A stretch of 38,812 bases of DNA from an uncultured Prolixibacteraceae bacterium (GTDB lineage Bacteria; Bacteroidota; Bacteroidia; Bacteroidales; UBA1556): contig CAYUAN010000220.1 in assembly GCA_964442545.1 (NCBI GenBank), positions 1 through 38,812 on the forward strand, given 5' to 3'. Position numbers and translations under genes: made by a program. Shown here piece after piece: positions 27,296-35,957 of this stretch. Position 1 is the first letter of the stretch. Every line of letters starts with the position of its first letter. A model generated the notes under the pieces. The model was not told where the DNA came from and did not search any database. It saw only the letters and a program-made list of their open reading frames with translations.

Positions 27296-27726
27296 TGGCA
27301 GAACAAAAGAAAACAATCAAGGATATTTGTGAAACGCGCATCCGTTTTAGCGAGGTGGATTCGATGGGAATTTTATGGCACGGCAATTATATCAAGCTCT
27401 TCGAAGACGGGCGCGAATCCTGGGGGTTGAAATACGGAATGCATTACATCAATTTTTACGAAAACAAGGTGATGACACCCATTGTGCATACTTCCATCGA
27501 CCATAAACAGGTTATGCGTTATGGCGATACTGCCATTATCGAAACGGAATATATCGATACGGAGGCCGCTAAAATAAAATACAAATACCGCATTCGCCGT
27601 AAGTCTGATTATAAGGTGGTTGCCGAGGGCGAAACGGTACAGGTATTTACTGATATCGAAGGAAATTTACTGCTGACAATACCTGCATTTTTTCTGGAGT
27701 GGAAACGTAAACAAGGCCTGCTGTAA
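27295..27726 (+). CDS. 4HBT/YbgC-type acyl-CoA/ACP thioesterase (ApeK-like)
   Basis: IRFSEVDSMGILWHGNYIKLFEDGRE, i.e. a hotdog thioesterase with an N-terminal catalytic Asp. TGATG overlap with the previous gene. Confidence 0.8.
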   Translation: MAEQKKTIKDICETRIRFSEVDSMGILWHGNYIKLFEDGRESWGLKYGMHYINFYENKVMTPIVHTSIDHKQVMRYGDTAIIETEYIDTEAAKIKYKYRIRRKSDYKVVAEGETVQVFTDIEGNLLLTIPAFFLEWKRKQGLL

Positions 27727-28880
27727 TGGAACGGGAAGTATATATCGCCGGAGGAGAAATGATCAGCGCTTTGGGGCCTTCATTGGCGGCTAATATGGAG
27801 CGCATCCTGCAAATGAATAGCGGGGTGCGGCTGAATGAAAACCGCGAACTCTCCAATGAGGCTTTTTATTGTGCGGCTTTGGAACCGGAGCAATTGCAGC
27901 CGTTATTCGAACAAGCGGGCCGGCACGAAAACTATACCCCTTTTGAGCAAATAGCAATTTATGTGGCCGAGGCCGCATGGAAAAACACTTCCGTGGACAT
28001 TCGTTCACCGCGAACAGCTATTATCCTGTCCACTACCAAGGGGAATATCGACCTCTTGGATAAAGGTCAGGCTGGAAAATATCCCGCAAACCGGATTCAT
28101 CTGTGGGCTGCCGCCGATGCCATCGGCAAATATTTTCAAAATCCGAATAAAGTTTTGGTCGTGTCCAACGCTTGTGTTTCCGGTGTTTTGGCCATCAATA
28201 CGGCCGCTTCCCTGATTCGGGCCCGCAGCTATGACCACGTGCTGATAATCGGCGCCGATATGTTATCGAAGTTTGTGGTATCGGGATTTCAATCCTTTCA
28301 GAGTTTGAGCGCCGGAGTATGCAAACCCTTTGACCGCGACCGCGACGGATTGAATCTGGGGGAGGCGGCAGGCTGCCTGATTCTGACGGCAGAAGCTACG
28401 GGCAGTATCAAGGTTTTGGGTGGTTCCACACACAACGACGCCAATCATATTTCAGGCCCTTCACGTACGGCGGAGGGATTTTACCTCGCGGCCCGCTCGG
28501 CTATTAAAGCCTCGGGCATTACGCCTGCGCAAATCCAATATATATCGGCCCACGGAACGGCAACTCCCTACAATGATGAGATGGAGGCTATCGGCATTGG
28601 ACGTTTGGGGTTGGAGCATGTTCCGGTGCATAGTCTGAAAGCTTTTTGGGGGCACACGCTGGGGGCGGCCGGAGTGATTGAGGCCTTAGTACAAATCGAA
28701 TCGATGAAGCGCGGAATTTTATTGCCCACTTTGGGATGCGAAAAGCCGGGTGTTTCCGTGGATATTAATATCAGTCGAAAACCGGAACAGAAAAAAATCC
28801 GCTATGCCCTCAAAGTGGCTTCGGGTTTTTCCGGAGTAAACTCATCGGTGGTTTTTGAAAATACGGAGGGCGCGAAATGA
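27726..28880 (+). CDS. Beta-ketoacyl synthase (ApeO-like KS)
   Basis: Cys-His-His triad: SNACVSGVLAI, SAHGTATPYND, GHTLGAAGVIE. TAATG overlap upstream and ATGA overlap downstream. Confidence 0.88.
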   Translation: MEREVYIAGGEMISALGPSLAANMERILQMNSGVRLNENRELSNEAFYCAALEPEQLQPLFEQAGRHENYTPFEQIAIYVAEAAWKNTSVDIRSPRTAIILSTTKGNIDLLDKGQAGKYPANRIHLWAAADAIGKYFQNPNKVLVVSNACVSGVLAINTAASLIRARSYDHVLIIGADMLSKFVVSGFQSFQSLSAGVCKPFDRDRDGLNLGEAAGCLILTAEATGSIKVLGGSTHNDANHISGPSRTAEGFYLAARSAIKASGITPAQIQYISAHGTATPYNDEMEAIGIGRLGLEHVPVHSLKAFWGHTLGAAGVIEALVQIESMKRGILLPTLGCEKPGVSVDINISRKPEQKKIRYALKVASGFSGVNSSVVFENTEGAK

Positions 28881-29497
28881 GTGTGATTACGAGCCATATA
28901 CGCATTGCCGATTTTAAACTGTGGAAAGACGGAACAGTGGTTTTTGCTTTTGACGAAAGCCGGGATACCGGTAAATTTCTGAAAGCCGCCTACAAATTTC
29001 TGGGCATGAAGTATATGAAATTCTTCAAGATGGACAGTTTGAGTAAATTGGGGCTGCTCGGGGCCGAAATGCTTTTGCAGGATAAGGATATACACGCCAA
29101 ATATACCGAAGAAGAAATCGGGGTGGTTTTGGCCAACGCCTCGGCATCATTGGATGTGGACCGCAAATATTACGACACCATAAAGGACCCGGAAAATTAT
29201 TTCCCCAGCCCGGCGCTTTTTGTTTATACGCTGCCGAATATAGTTTTGGGCGAAATATCAATACGCCACGGTTTTAAGGGCGAAAATGCATTCTTTGTAC
29301 AGCAAAATTTCGATGCCGGATTTATGCATTTTTACAATGAAGACCTGCTGACCCGGAAAAGCCAGAAAGCACTGATTAGCGGCTGGGTTGAGGTAGGTGA
29401 AAACGGATTTGAAGCCCGGATGTATTTGATTGAACAAAATGGGGCGGGAATGAAACATCTGCCCGAAAACATTAAAAGCTTATTTTTGACAAAATAA
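28877..29497 (+). CDS. Half-size ketosynthase-like partner lacking the active-site Cys (ApeC/CLF-like)
   Basis: 206 aa. The segment SPALFVYTLPNIVLGEISIRHGFKGENAFFVQQNFDAG aligns with the KS region that leads into the catalytic Cys, but no Cys is present. No C-terminal thiolase half. 4-nt overlap with the KS upstream. Confidence 0.6.
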   Translation: MSVITSHIRIADFKLWKDGTVVFAFDESRDTGKFLKAAYKFLGMKYMKFFKMDSLSKLGLLGAEMLLQDKDIHAKYTEEEIGVVLANASASLDVDRKYYDTIKDPENYFPSPALFVYTLPNIVLGEISIRHGFKGENAFFVQQNFDAGFMHFYNEDLLTRKSQKALISGWVEVGENGFEARMYLIEQNGAGMKHLPENIKSLFLTK

Positions 29498-29508
29498 AGA
29501 ACAGAACT

Positions 29509-29763
29509 ATGGACGAATTGATACAAAAACTTAAAGTCGAGATAATAGAAGCCCTGAATCTGGAAGATATTGAACCCGATGATATTGATGAAAAAGAGCC
29601 CCTTTTTAATGAAGGCCTGGGCCTGGATTCCATTGATGCCCTTGAGCTGATTGTGTTGCTGGACCGCACCTACGGGCTCAAGCTGGATAATGAAAATGAG
29701 GGTAAGGAGGTTTTCTACTCCGTGGAAACCATGGCGAAATATATCATGGAGCACCAAAAATAA
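29509..29763 (+). CDS. Acyl carrier protein 2
   Basis: 84 aa, acidic, with a canonical GLDSIDALELIV attachment motif. Confidence 0.88.
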   Translation: MDELIQKLKVEIIEALNLEDIEPDDIDEKEPLFNEGLGLDSIDALELIVLLDRTYGLKLDNENEGKEVFYSVETMAKYIMEHQK

Positions 29764-29769
29764 AAAGCC

Positions 29770-30966
29770 ATGCCCGGAAAGCGGATTGTAATTAGCGGAA
29801 TGGGGGCCATCAGTGCCCTGGGCGATGATGTGGCGGCTCATTTGGATGCGCTGCAAAACGGACGCCACGGTATCAGTATGACCGACTATCTGGAAACAGC
29901 ACACCGGTATACTTTTCCCGTAGGCGAAATCAAGCACAGTAACGATGAGTTGATTGCCTTGCTTGATTTGCCGCAAGGCGCTTATTCGCGTACCGAACTT
30001 TTAGGTTTGTTCGCTGTTCGGCAGCTTATCGCGAGCCTGCAATTGAAAACCGGTGGCCGGACGGGATTGGTATCGGCCAGTACGGTGGGCGGAATGGATC
30101 AAAGTGAGCGCTTTTTCGAAGATTATATACAAGGAGAAAAACTGGAATATGCCCGCCGTCATCCTTTGGGCGTAAGCACGGAATTTATCGCCGCCAACAC
30201 CGGTATTAAAGGATTTCGCAGTACGGTAAGTACGGCCTGCTCTTCCTCGGCCAATGCGATGATTATCGGTGCCCGCCTGCTTCGGCAAGGGGTGGTTGAC
30301 CAGGTTATCGTGGGCGGAACGGATGCGCTCTCGGCCTTTACCATAAATGGTTTTAACAGTTTGATGATTTTGGATAAAAATCATTGCAAGCCTTTTGATA
30401 ACCGGCGTAAAGGGTTGAACCTCGGGGAGGCGGCCGCCTTTCTGCTTTTGGAAACCGAGGAAAGTGCCCGTGCCGCCGGACGCAAAATATGGAGTGAGCT
30501 GAAAGGCTACGCCAACACCAATGACGCCTATCACCAAACGGCTTCGTCGCCGGAAGGAAATGCCGCTTTTGCCGCGATGGAAGGCGCTTTGCAAAAGGCG
30601 GGAATGACCATTGCGGAAGTGGATTATGTGAATGCCCACGGAACGGGTACCGCCAATAATGATTTGGCCGAATCGCGGGCGATGGAACGTCTGTTTGACG
30701 GGGCGAAAATACCCTTCAGCTCCACAAAAGCCTATACCGGCCACACTTTGGGTGCCGCAGGTGCCATTGAAGCCGTTTTTGCCAATTTGTGCATCGAACA
30801 TAAGATTGTGCCTGCCTCACTCAATTGTGCGCATCCGATGGAAGAGGTGAACATTTTCCCCGAAACCAAGCGGAAAACCTTGGATAAGCTGAATACGGTT
30901 TTGTCCAATTCTTTTGGTTTCGGCGGAAATAACACATCGCTTTTATTCTCATCCCTAAATGATTAG
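29770..30966 (+). CDS. Beta-ketoacyl-ACP synthase II-like KS
   Basis: Cys-His-His triad: STACSSSANAM, NAHGTGTANND, GHTLGAAGAIE. Ends with GFGGNNTSLLF. Confidence 0.9.
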   Translation: MPGKRIVISGMGAISALGDDVAAHLDALQNGRHGISMTDYLETAHRYTFPVGEIKHSNDELIALLDLPQGAYSRTELLGLFAVRQLIASLQLKTGGRTGLVSASTVGGMDQSERFFEDYIQGEKLEYARRHPLGVSTEFIAANTGIKGFRSTVSTACSSSANAMIIGARLLRQGVVDQVIVGGTDALSAFTINGFNSLMILDKNHCKPFDNRRKGLNLGEAAAFLLLETEESARAAGRKIWSELKGYANTNDAYHQTASSPEGNAAFAAMEGALQKAGMTIAEVDYVNAHGTGTANNDLAESRAMERLFDGAKIPFSSTKAYTGHTLGAAGAIEAVFANLCIEHKIVPASLNCAHPMEEVNIFPETKRKTLDKLNTVLSNSFGFGGNNTSLLFSSLND

Positions 30967-31894
30967 CCTTATGAAAAACGAATTGTATATAACGGGTTTG
31001 GGAATGATTTCGGCACAGGAAAGCCTCGGTGTGAAAAACACGAAGGCCTTCACGGCCAAGGAGGATTTCCACTGCATCGAACCCGATTACAAAGCATATA
31101 TTCCGCCGGCCAAGGCGCGCCGTATGAGCCGCATATTGAAATATAGTTATGTAGCTGCCAAACAGGCACTGACGGAAGCCGCCCTGGAACAACCGCAAAC
31201 CATCAATGTGGCGACGGCGTTGGGCTGCCTGAAAGACACAACGCTTTTTGTGCAGGATATGATTGAAAGCAAGGAGCAGGTTTTGAAACCCACGCCTTTT
31301 ATCAATTCCACCCATAATACGGTGGCCGGATTGCTGGCGCTGACCTATGGCGCCAAAGGCCAGAATTTCACTTTTTCGCATACTGATTTTAGTTTCGAGC
31401 ACGCCCTGCTGGATGTTATGATGCGGATGGAGGAAGGGGAAATAGAAAATGCATTGCTGGGTGCTGTTGAAGAACTTACCGAAGAAACGGAATTGATTAA
31501 GCGGCATTTGCATATGGAAAACCAGGGCGAAGGTGCGAGTTTTTTTGCGGTTTCCGGTACCGGAGGCAGCGATTACTATGCACGGGTAAAGGCCGTGGCT
31601 TTTGCTTACGAATTAGAGGGTGAAGACGATTTATATTATGCGGTAATGGATTTTCTTAAATCGGCCGGTGCAGATGCGGCACAAGTGAATACGGTAGTTA
31701 GCGACCATGACCTGACGCATGTTTTCGATATCGAAAAGCAAATCCTATATAAAGAATATTGCGGTGATTATATGACGGCTTCGGGCTTTGGTTTCGGGAT
31801 GGCCGCCTTGGAAGTATTCAACCGGCAGCAAGACGTATTGCTGATCAATCACAACAATAAAAACAGCTATTCATTGGTATTATTAGGACGTTAG
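30959..31894 (+). CDS. Ketosynthase-like chain-length-factor-type partner (no catalytic Cys)
   Basis: KS-like segments ARRMSRILKYSYVAAKQAL and FINSTHNTVAGLLALTYGAKGQNFTFSHTDFSFEHAL, with the catalytic Cys position replaced. 8-nt overlap with the KS upstream. An alternative ATG lies at 30971. Confidence 0.7.
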   Translation: MISLMKNELYITGLGMISAQESLGVKNTKAFTAKEDFHCIEPDYKAYIPPAKARRMSRILKYSYVAAKQALTEAALEQPQTINVATALGCLKDTTLFVQDMIESKEQVLKPTPFINSTHNTVAGLLALTYGAKGQNFTFSHTDFSFEHALLDVMMRMEEGEIENALLGAVEELTEETELIKRHLHMENQGEGASFFAVSGTGGSDYYARVKAVAFAYELEGEDDLYYAVMDFLKSAGADAAQVNTVVSDHDLTHVFDIEKQILYKEYCGDYMTASGFGFGMAALEVFNRQQDVLLINHNNKNSYSLVLLGR

Positions 31895-31895
31895 T

Positions 31896-32687
31896 ATGAG
31901 CCGGTTTGCGATTCTCAATATGCTGTTTATCGCAGGAGCCGTGCTGACCGGCTATCTGGTGTTCAGTGGTTTTACATCCTGGTACAGCTTGTTGTTTTTG
32001 GCCCTGGCCTATTTGCTGATTCTTATCGCAGGTGTGAGCCGTGTGGATTTCGAACTGTTTATGGATATCGAAAATTCGGGAGATAACCGCTACAACAAAA
32101 TCGCCCTCTCTTTTGATGACGGCCCTAATCCCGAAATTACTCCTGAGGTATTGGATAAACTGGCACGCTACGGCGTGAAAGCGGCCTTTTTTTGCATAGG
32201 CGGCAAGGTGGAAGAACATCAGGCGCTGGCCGGGCGCATCCATCGCGAAGGCCATATTTTGGGCAATCATTCCTTTTATCATAAAAACGATTTCCCTTTT
32301 CAAAAGGTGGAGGCCATAAAAGAAGAACTGCAAAATTGCAATAGAGCGATTGCCCGTGCCTGTGGTTTTGAACCTCTGTTTTTTCGTCCGCCATTCGGCG
32401 TAACAAATCCACGTATTGCCAAAGCGGTTAAGGAGCTTGAAATGACAACAATTGGCTGGAGCTTGCGCACTTTCGACACCGCCAAATCACCGGAAAAGGT
32501 AATAAAAAAGCTCCGCAAAAAACTTACGGGCGGCGATTTGATTCTTTTGCACGACAATCATCCGGGCGTATTGGAGATACTGGACTTTTTAATTCCTTAT
32601 GCCGAGCAACAGGGATTGGAATTCGTCCGGCCCGATGGGTTGCTTGCTAAGGACGGCGAACGTGCACTTGTTCAAAAGGAGAAATAA
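31896..32687 (+). CDS. Membrane-anchored polysaccharide deacetylase (NodB homology/CE4 domain)
   Basis: Two N-terminal TM helices. NodB motifs LSFDDGP, GNHSFYH and FRPPFG are all present. Confidence 0.85.
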   Translation: MSRFAILNMLFIAGAVLTGYLVFSGFTSWYSLLFLALAYLLILIAGVSRVDFELFMDIENSGDNRYNKIALSFDDGPNPEITPEVLDKLARYGVKAAFFCIGGKVEEHQALAGRIHREGHILGNHSFYHKNDFPFQKVEAIKEELQNCNRAIARACGFEPLFFRPPFGVTNPRIAKAVKELEMTTIGWSLRTFDTAKSPEKVIKKLRKKLTGGDLILLHDNHPGVLEILDFLIPYAEQQGLEFVRPDGLLAKDGERALVQKEK

Positions 32688-32689
32688 AG

Positions 32690-34573
32690 TTATGGTAGTA
32701 CAACTTTTTTAACGTGAAAACTATCTTGCTGCCCAAAACGGACAAAGTATAAACCGCCTGTCTTGACAGGAATACGATATTGGATGCTTTTTATTTCTCT
32801 TTTGAAAATTCGGCGTCCTGAACTATCAAAAACCTCCAAACGTCCTTTTGCCGGGGCTTCAAATTGTACGACGATATTTTTTCCTTCGGCAAATGTCCGA
32901 AATGCTGCTTCTTGATGATTATCAGTTTCGTCGATTCCGATATGCGTATCACGTGTATATTTAAATTGTTCGATAAGCGACCCGTCTGCGCGGATGGCGC
33001 TAAAGCTTAACGTATCCTGATTAATATCCAATTTGCAAAAATGCAGCGATTTATCTACCACAACAATACTATCTGCATTCGGATTGGGGGTGTATAGCGG
33101 AGCTCCGCCGCCTCCAGTAGTGATATGTTGTACTCCCATAACCGAAGCACGCGCATAATAATGGTTATGGCCCGCGATGACAAAATGAACGCCGTATTTC
33201 AAACAAAGCGGTTGAATGGTCTTTTGTGTGGTTCCGCTATTGGAATGCCCGCCGCCCGCACTCCATCCGGGTTTGTGCAAAAGGATGATTTTCCATGGTT
33301 TGCCGGTGGACGAAAGGTCGTTTACCAACCAGTTGTATTGGGGGCTGCCACTGCTGTAAGAGGTGTATTGATCTAAAACCGTGAAATGAATCGGGCCATA
33401 ATCAAATGAATAATAGTATTGTCCGTTGACGAACATTGGATAATAAAAATATTTGGCAAATAAAACCCCCTGTCCTTCGTGATTTCCCACCGCAGCCAGG
33501 TAAGGTAATGTGGATAACATTTTTTGCAGTCCGCTATAATTCGCGCTGAAGAGTTGATTATCCCAATCATCTTCGTTATCTCCGTCGGCAACAATATCGC
33601 CACTGGAAACAATTAATGTTTGTGAAGCCGGATCTTGCACAATAGCGGAGAGAATGGCACGTGCTACCGAATCGTGCAAATGCGGATAGGTGCGGGTATC
33701 GCCATAAGCATAAAAACTAATTTGATTCGCCTGATTGTTGGCACCGCTTATAAAATCCCCGCTTTTTACTTCTTGTGAATTACATTCGACTTTATAAAAA
33801 TAATGTGTGTTTGGTGTTAATCCCGTTAATATGATTTTATGTTGATGGTCGTTGCCATATTCTTGTGTGGTATCAATACCCACACTATAGCTTGTGTCGG
33901 TTCCCCAACGGATAACGCAATTTTTTTGCTGACGGAGTTGCCACATAATCAGCATTTCGCTATTAATACCGGTATAAAGTAAGTAGGGTGCTTTGCGGAA
34001 AGCAGAATAATTAATAAACTCCATTTTCAGGTCAAAGCTGATATCCGAACTTGAACTGCTGCGTTGATGTAGCTCAACGGCAATAACATTTTGCCCGCTG
34101 TCAAGTAATGTGGAGGGGAAATCGTAATTGTAAAAAGCATCTTCGGCCGATCCGGCTACAGTGCTTGCTGCCGTAGTGGTATAGGTAATAGTTCCCGATG
34201 GCATATTAGAACGAAGCAGCTCAGTGCCGTTTAAGTAAACGACAGCACCGTCGTCACGCAATACGGAAACTCGAAACCCGTTTTTGACTGCCGGATTGGA
34301 AATATTAAAACTTTTGCGGAAATAATAACAGATATGTTTATTCGAAGAATTGTTTCCATAACTCAATACGGTGGTTTCGTCTCCGTCGCCATAACCCAAT
34401 TGTGCAGTTCCTTGAGCCCAGGCAGAATCATTGAAATTTATCCCAATCCAAGCCGTGTTTTGATTGGAGCCGTCGTCCAGATATTTCCAATTTGCTCCTT
34501 GTGGAATAATGGTTTGTCCGTAAATACTTAAGCTGAACAAGCTTAAAAGCATAAAGTTGATTAGATTTTTCAT
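32690..34573 (-). CDS. Secreted calcineurin-like/purple-acid-type metallophosphoesterase with an N-terminal beta-sandwich module and a T9SS C-terminal domain
   Basis: Signal peptide. Metallophosphoesterase motifs YGDTRT, SSGDIVADGDNEDDW, VGNHE, LLHKP and AGHNHYY. The C-terminal ~73 aa (LEVFDSSGRRI...GLYFVRF...) look like a T9SS CTD. Confidence 0.85.
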   Translation of the reverse strand: MKNLINFMLLSLFSLSIYGQTIIPQGANWKYLDDGSNQNTAWIGINFNDSAWAQGTAQLGYGDGDETTVLSYGNNSSNKHICYYFRKSFNISNPAVKNGFRVSVLRDDGAVVYLNGTELLRSNMPSGTITYTTTAASTVAGSAEDAFYNYDFPSTLLDSGQNVIAVELHQRSSSSSDISFDLKMEFINYSAFRKAPYLLYTGINSEMLIMWQLRQQKNCVIRWGTDTSYSVGIDTTQEYGNDHQHKIILTGLTPNTHYFYKVECNSQEVKSGDFISGANNQANQISFYAYGDTRTYPHLHDSVARAILSAIVQDPASQTLIVSSGDIVADGDNEDDWDNQLFSANYSGLQKMLSTLPYLAAVGNHEGQGVLFAKYFYYPMFVNGQYYYSFDYGPIHFTVLDQYTSYSSGSPQYNWLVNDLSSTGKPWKIILLHKPGWSAGGGHSNSGTTQKTIQPLCLKYGVHFVIAGHNHYYARASVMGVQHITTGGGGAPLYTPNPNADSIVVVDKSLHFCKLDINQDTLSFSAIRADGSLIEQFKYTRDTHIGIDETDNHQEAAFRTFAEGKNIVVQFEAPAKGRLEVFDSSGRRIFKREIKSIQYRIPVKTGGLYFVRFGQQDSFHVKKVVLP

Positions 34574-34675
34574 AAAGCTGTTGTTTCGTTAGGTGGGATA
34601 AAGATACGGTTTTATTTTTTTGGGAATTTGTCGGGTACAAATAGAATCCCGGATTAAATACTCCGAAAAAAAAGG

Positions 34676-34683
34676 TAATTTTG
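34676..34683 (+). promoter_or_regulatory. Candidate -7 box (TAATTTTG) for the distal part of the cluster
   Basis: Exact TAnnTTTG match 70 nt upstream of the LolA-like ATG at 34753. Confidence 0.35.
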
Positions 34684-34752
34684 GAACGATTATTTATCTT
34701 CTTTCGGCCTGCTTTTTGCATCTGTGGCGCACATCAAAAAAGGAATTATATA

Positions 34753-35397
34753 ATGACAAAGCAAATTTACCATTGGGGAATAATTTTACTTCTTATAGTT
34801 GTTAGCGGTTTTTCTAATAAGAAAGATGATGATTTTCGTCGTGTGCAAAATGAACAGTTTATACGAGAAAAGATTATTGAGAAAGCCCGCAATACCCGCA
34901 CGATTCGTAGCGATTTTACCCAGGAAAAGCATTTGACGATGTTCGAAGAAGTGCTGGTAAGTAATGGTGAGTTTCTGTTCAGCGAACCCAATAAAGTACG
35001 CTGGGAATATCTGGAACCGATTTCGTATATAATTGTGCTGGACGGTAAAAAAGTACTGATAAAAGATGAGGACAAGGTGAAATCATACGATATGAATTCC
35101 AATCCGATTTTTAAGGAGGTAAACCGTCTTTTGGTAAACTCGCTAAGCGGAGAAATTCTGAGTGATAAGGATTTTCGTATTGAATATTACGAAAGTGCGG
35201 ATGCTTATATGACGCGCCTTTTTCCGAATAATGAGGATATGAAGCAGGTGATTGACAATATCGAACTGTATTTTAATAAAATAGATTTCGGGGTAACCGG
35301 ATTGCGAATTAATGAATTCAGCAAGGATTTTACCCTGATAAAATTCCAAAACCGCATTTTGAATGAGGATATTGATAAGGCTGCTTTTAAGCTTTAG
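34753..35397 (+). CDS. LolA-like outer-membrane lipoprotein carrier family protein (ApeL-like)
   Basis: N-terminal hydrophobic signal/anchor. FTQEKHLTMFEEVLVSNGEFLFSEPNKVRWEYLEPISYIIVLDGKKVLIKD matches the LolA fold pattern. ATG at 34753; the track start at 34681 is TTG. Confidence 0.68.
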   Translation: MTKQIYHWGIILLLIVVSGFSNKKDDDFRRVQNEQFIREKIIEKARNTRTIRSDFTQEKHLTMFEEVLVSNGEFLFSEPNKVRWEYLEPISYIIVLDGKKVLIKDEDKVKSYDMNSNPIFKEVNRLLVNSLSGEILSDKDFRIEYYESADAYMTRLFPNNEDMKQVIDNIELYFNKIDFGVTGLRINEFSKDFTLIKFQNRILNEDIDKAAFKL

Positions 35398-35956
35398 TTT
35401 TTTGTGGGCCACGGCCAATGTACGGGCCGGAGACAGCCTGGTTTTGGCGCAGCAGCGAATTTTTCCGCAGCATTCGTTCCGGGCGGTGTATAAAACCCGT
35501 ATTCATTTTAAGGATAAAGATTTGAGCGGCTTGCTCCTGGTGCGCCAAAATGCGGATTCTTCTTTTCGGGTGGCTATGGTAACCGAAGTGGGAATGAAAA
35601 TTTTTGAGTTTAAGTTTTTCGCCCGCAAAAAGGATAATTTCCAGGTGGTATCCATTTTAAGCTATATGGACCGCAAGATTATAATCAATACCTTGCGCCG
35701 TGATTTCGAATCATTGTTTATGACTTTTGCAACGTATAAAAATCCGCATATCAGGGGGAATGAGCTATGCTATCGCTACGGGGGGCGGAGGATTTATCAA
35801 TTGAATGAGGGAAGCATCACGCGAATGCTGCGAAAGAAACTGCTATTTAAAAAAGAGCAAATTGAAATTGAATCCGAAAAGGGCGCGCTGCCGCAAAAGA
35901 TTTTTGTCCGGCATTATGGCGTAGATTTGCAAATCGAAATGGAGTGGATTAAGTAA
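35363..35956 (+). CDS. Secreted protein of unknown function (possibly the DUF3261/ApeN-type partner of the LolA-like protein)
   Basis: Signal peptide MRILIRLLLSFSFLWATANVRA, 197 aa, with no motif I recognise. 35-nt overlap with the LolA-like CDS. The DUF3261 assignment rests on position only. Confidence 0.45.
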   Translation: MRILIRLLLSFSFLWATANVRAGDSLVLAQQRIFPQHSFRAVYKTRIHFKDKDLSGLLLVRQNADSSFRVAMVTEVGMKIFEFKFFARKKDNFQVVSILSYMDRKIIINTLRRDFESLFMTFATYKNPHIRGNELCYRYGGRRIYQLNEGSITRMLRKKLLFKKEQIEIESEKGALPQKIFVRHYGVDLQIEMEWIK

Positions 35957-35957
35957 T

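Noticed and set aside
29332-31513. Long minus-strand ORFs (29332-29976, 30001-30801, 30821-31513; 214-266 aa) opposite the ACP-2, KS and CLF genes
   Set aside because: They lie antisense to genes with clear catalytic motifs. Their products are Arg/Gly/Pro-rich and low-complexity with no recognisable motifs. These are typical shadow ORFs.
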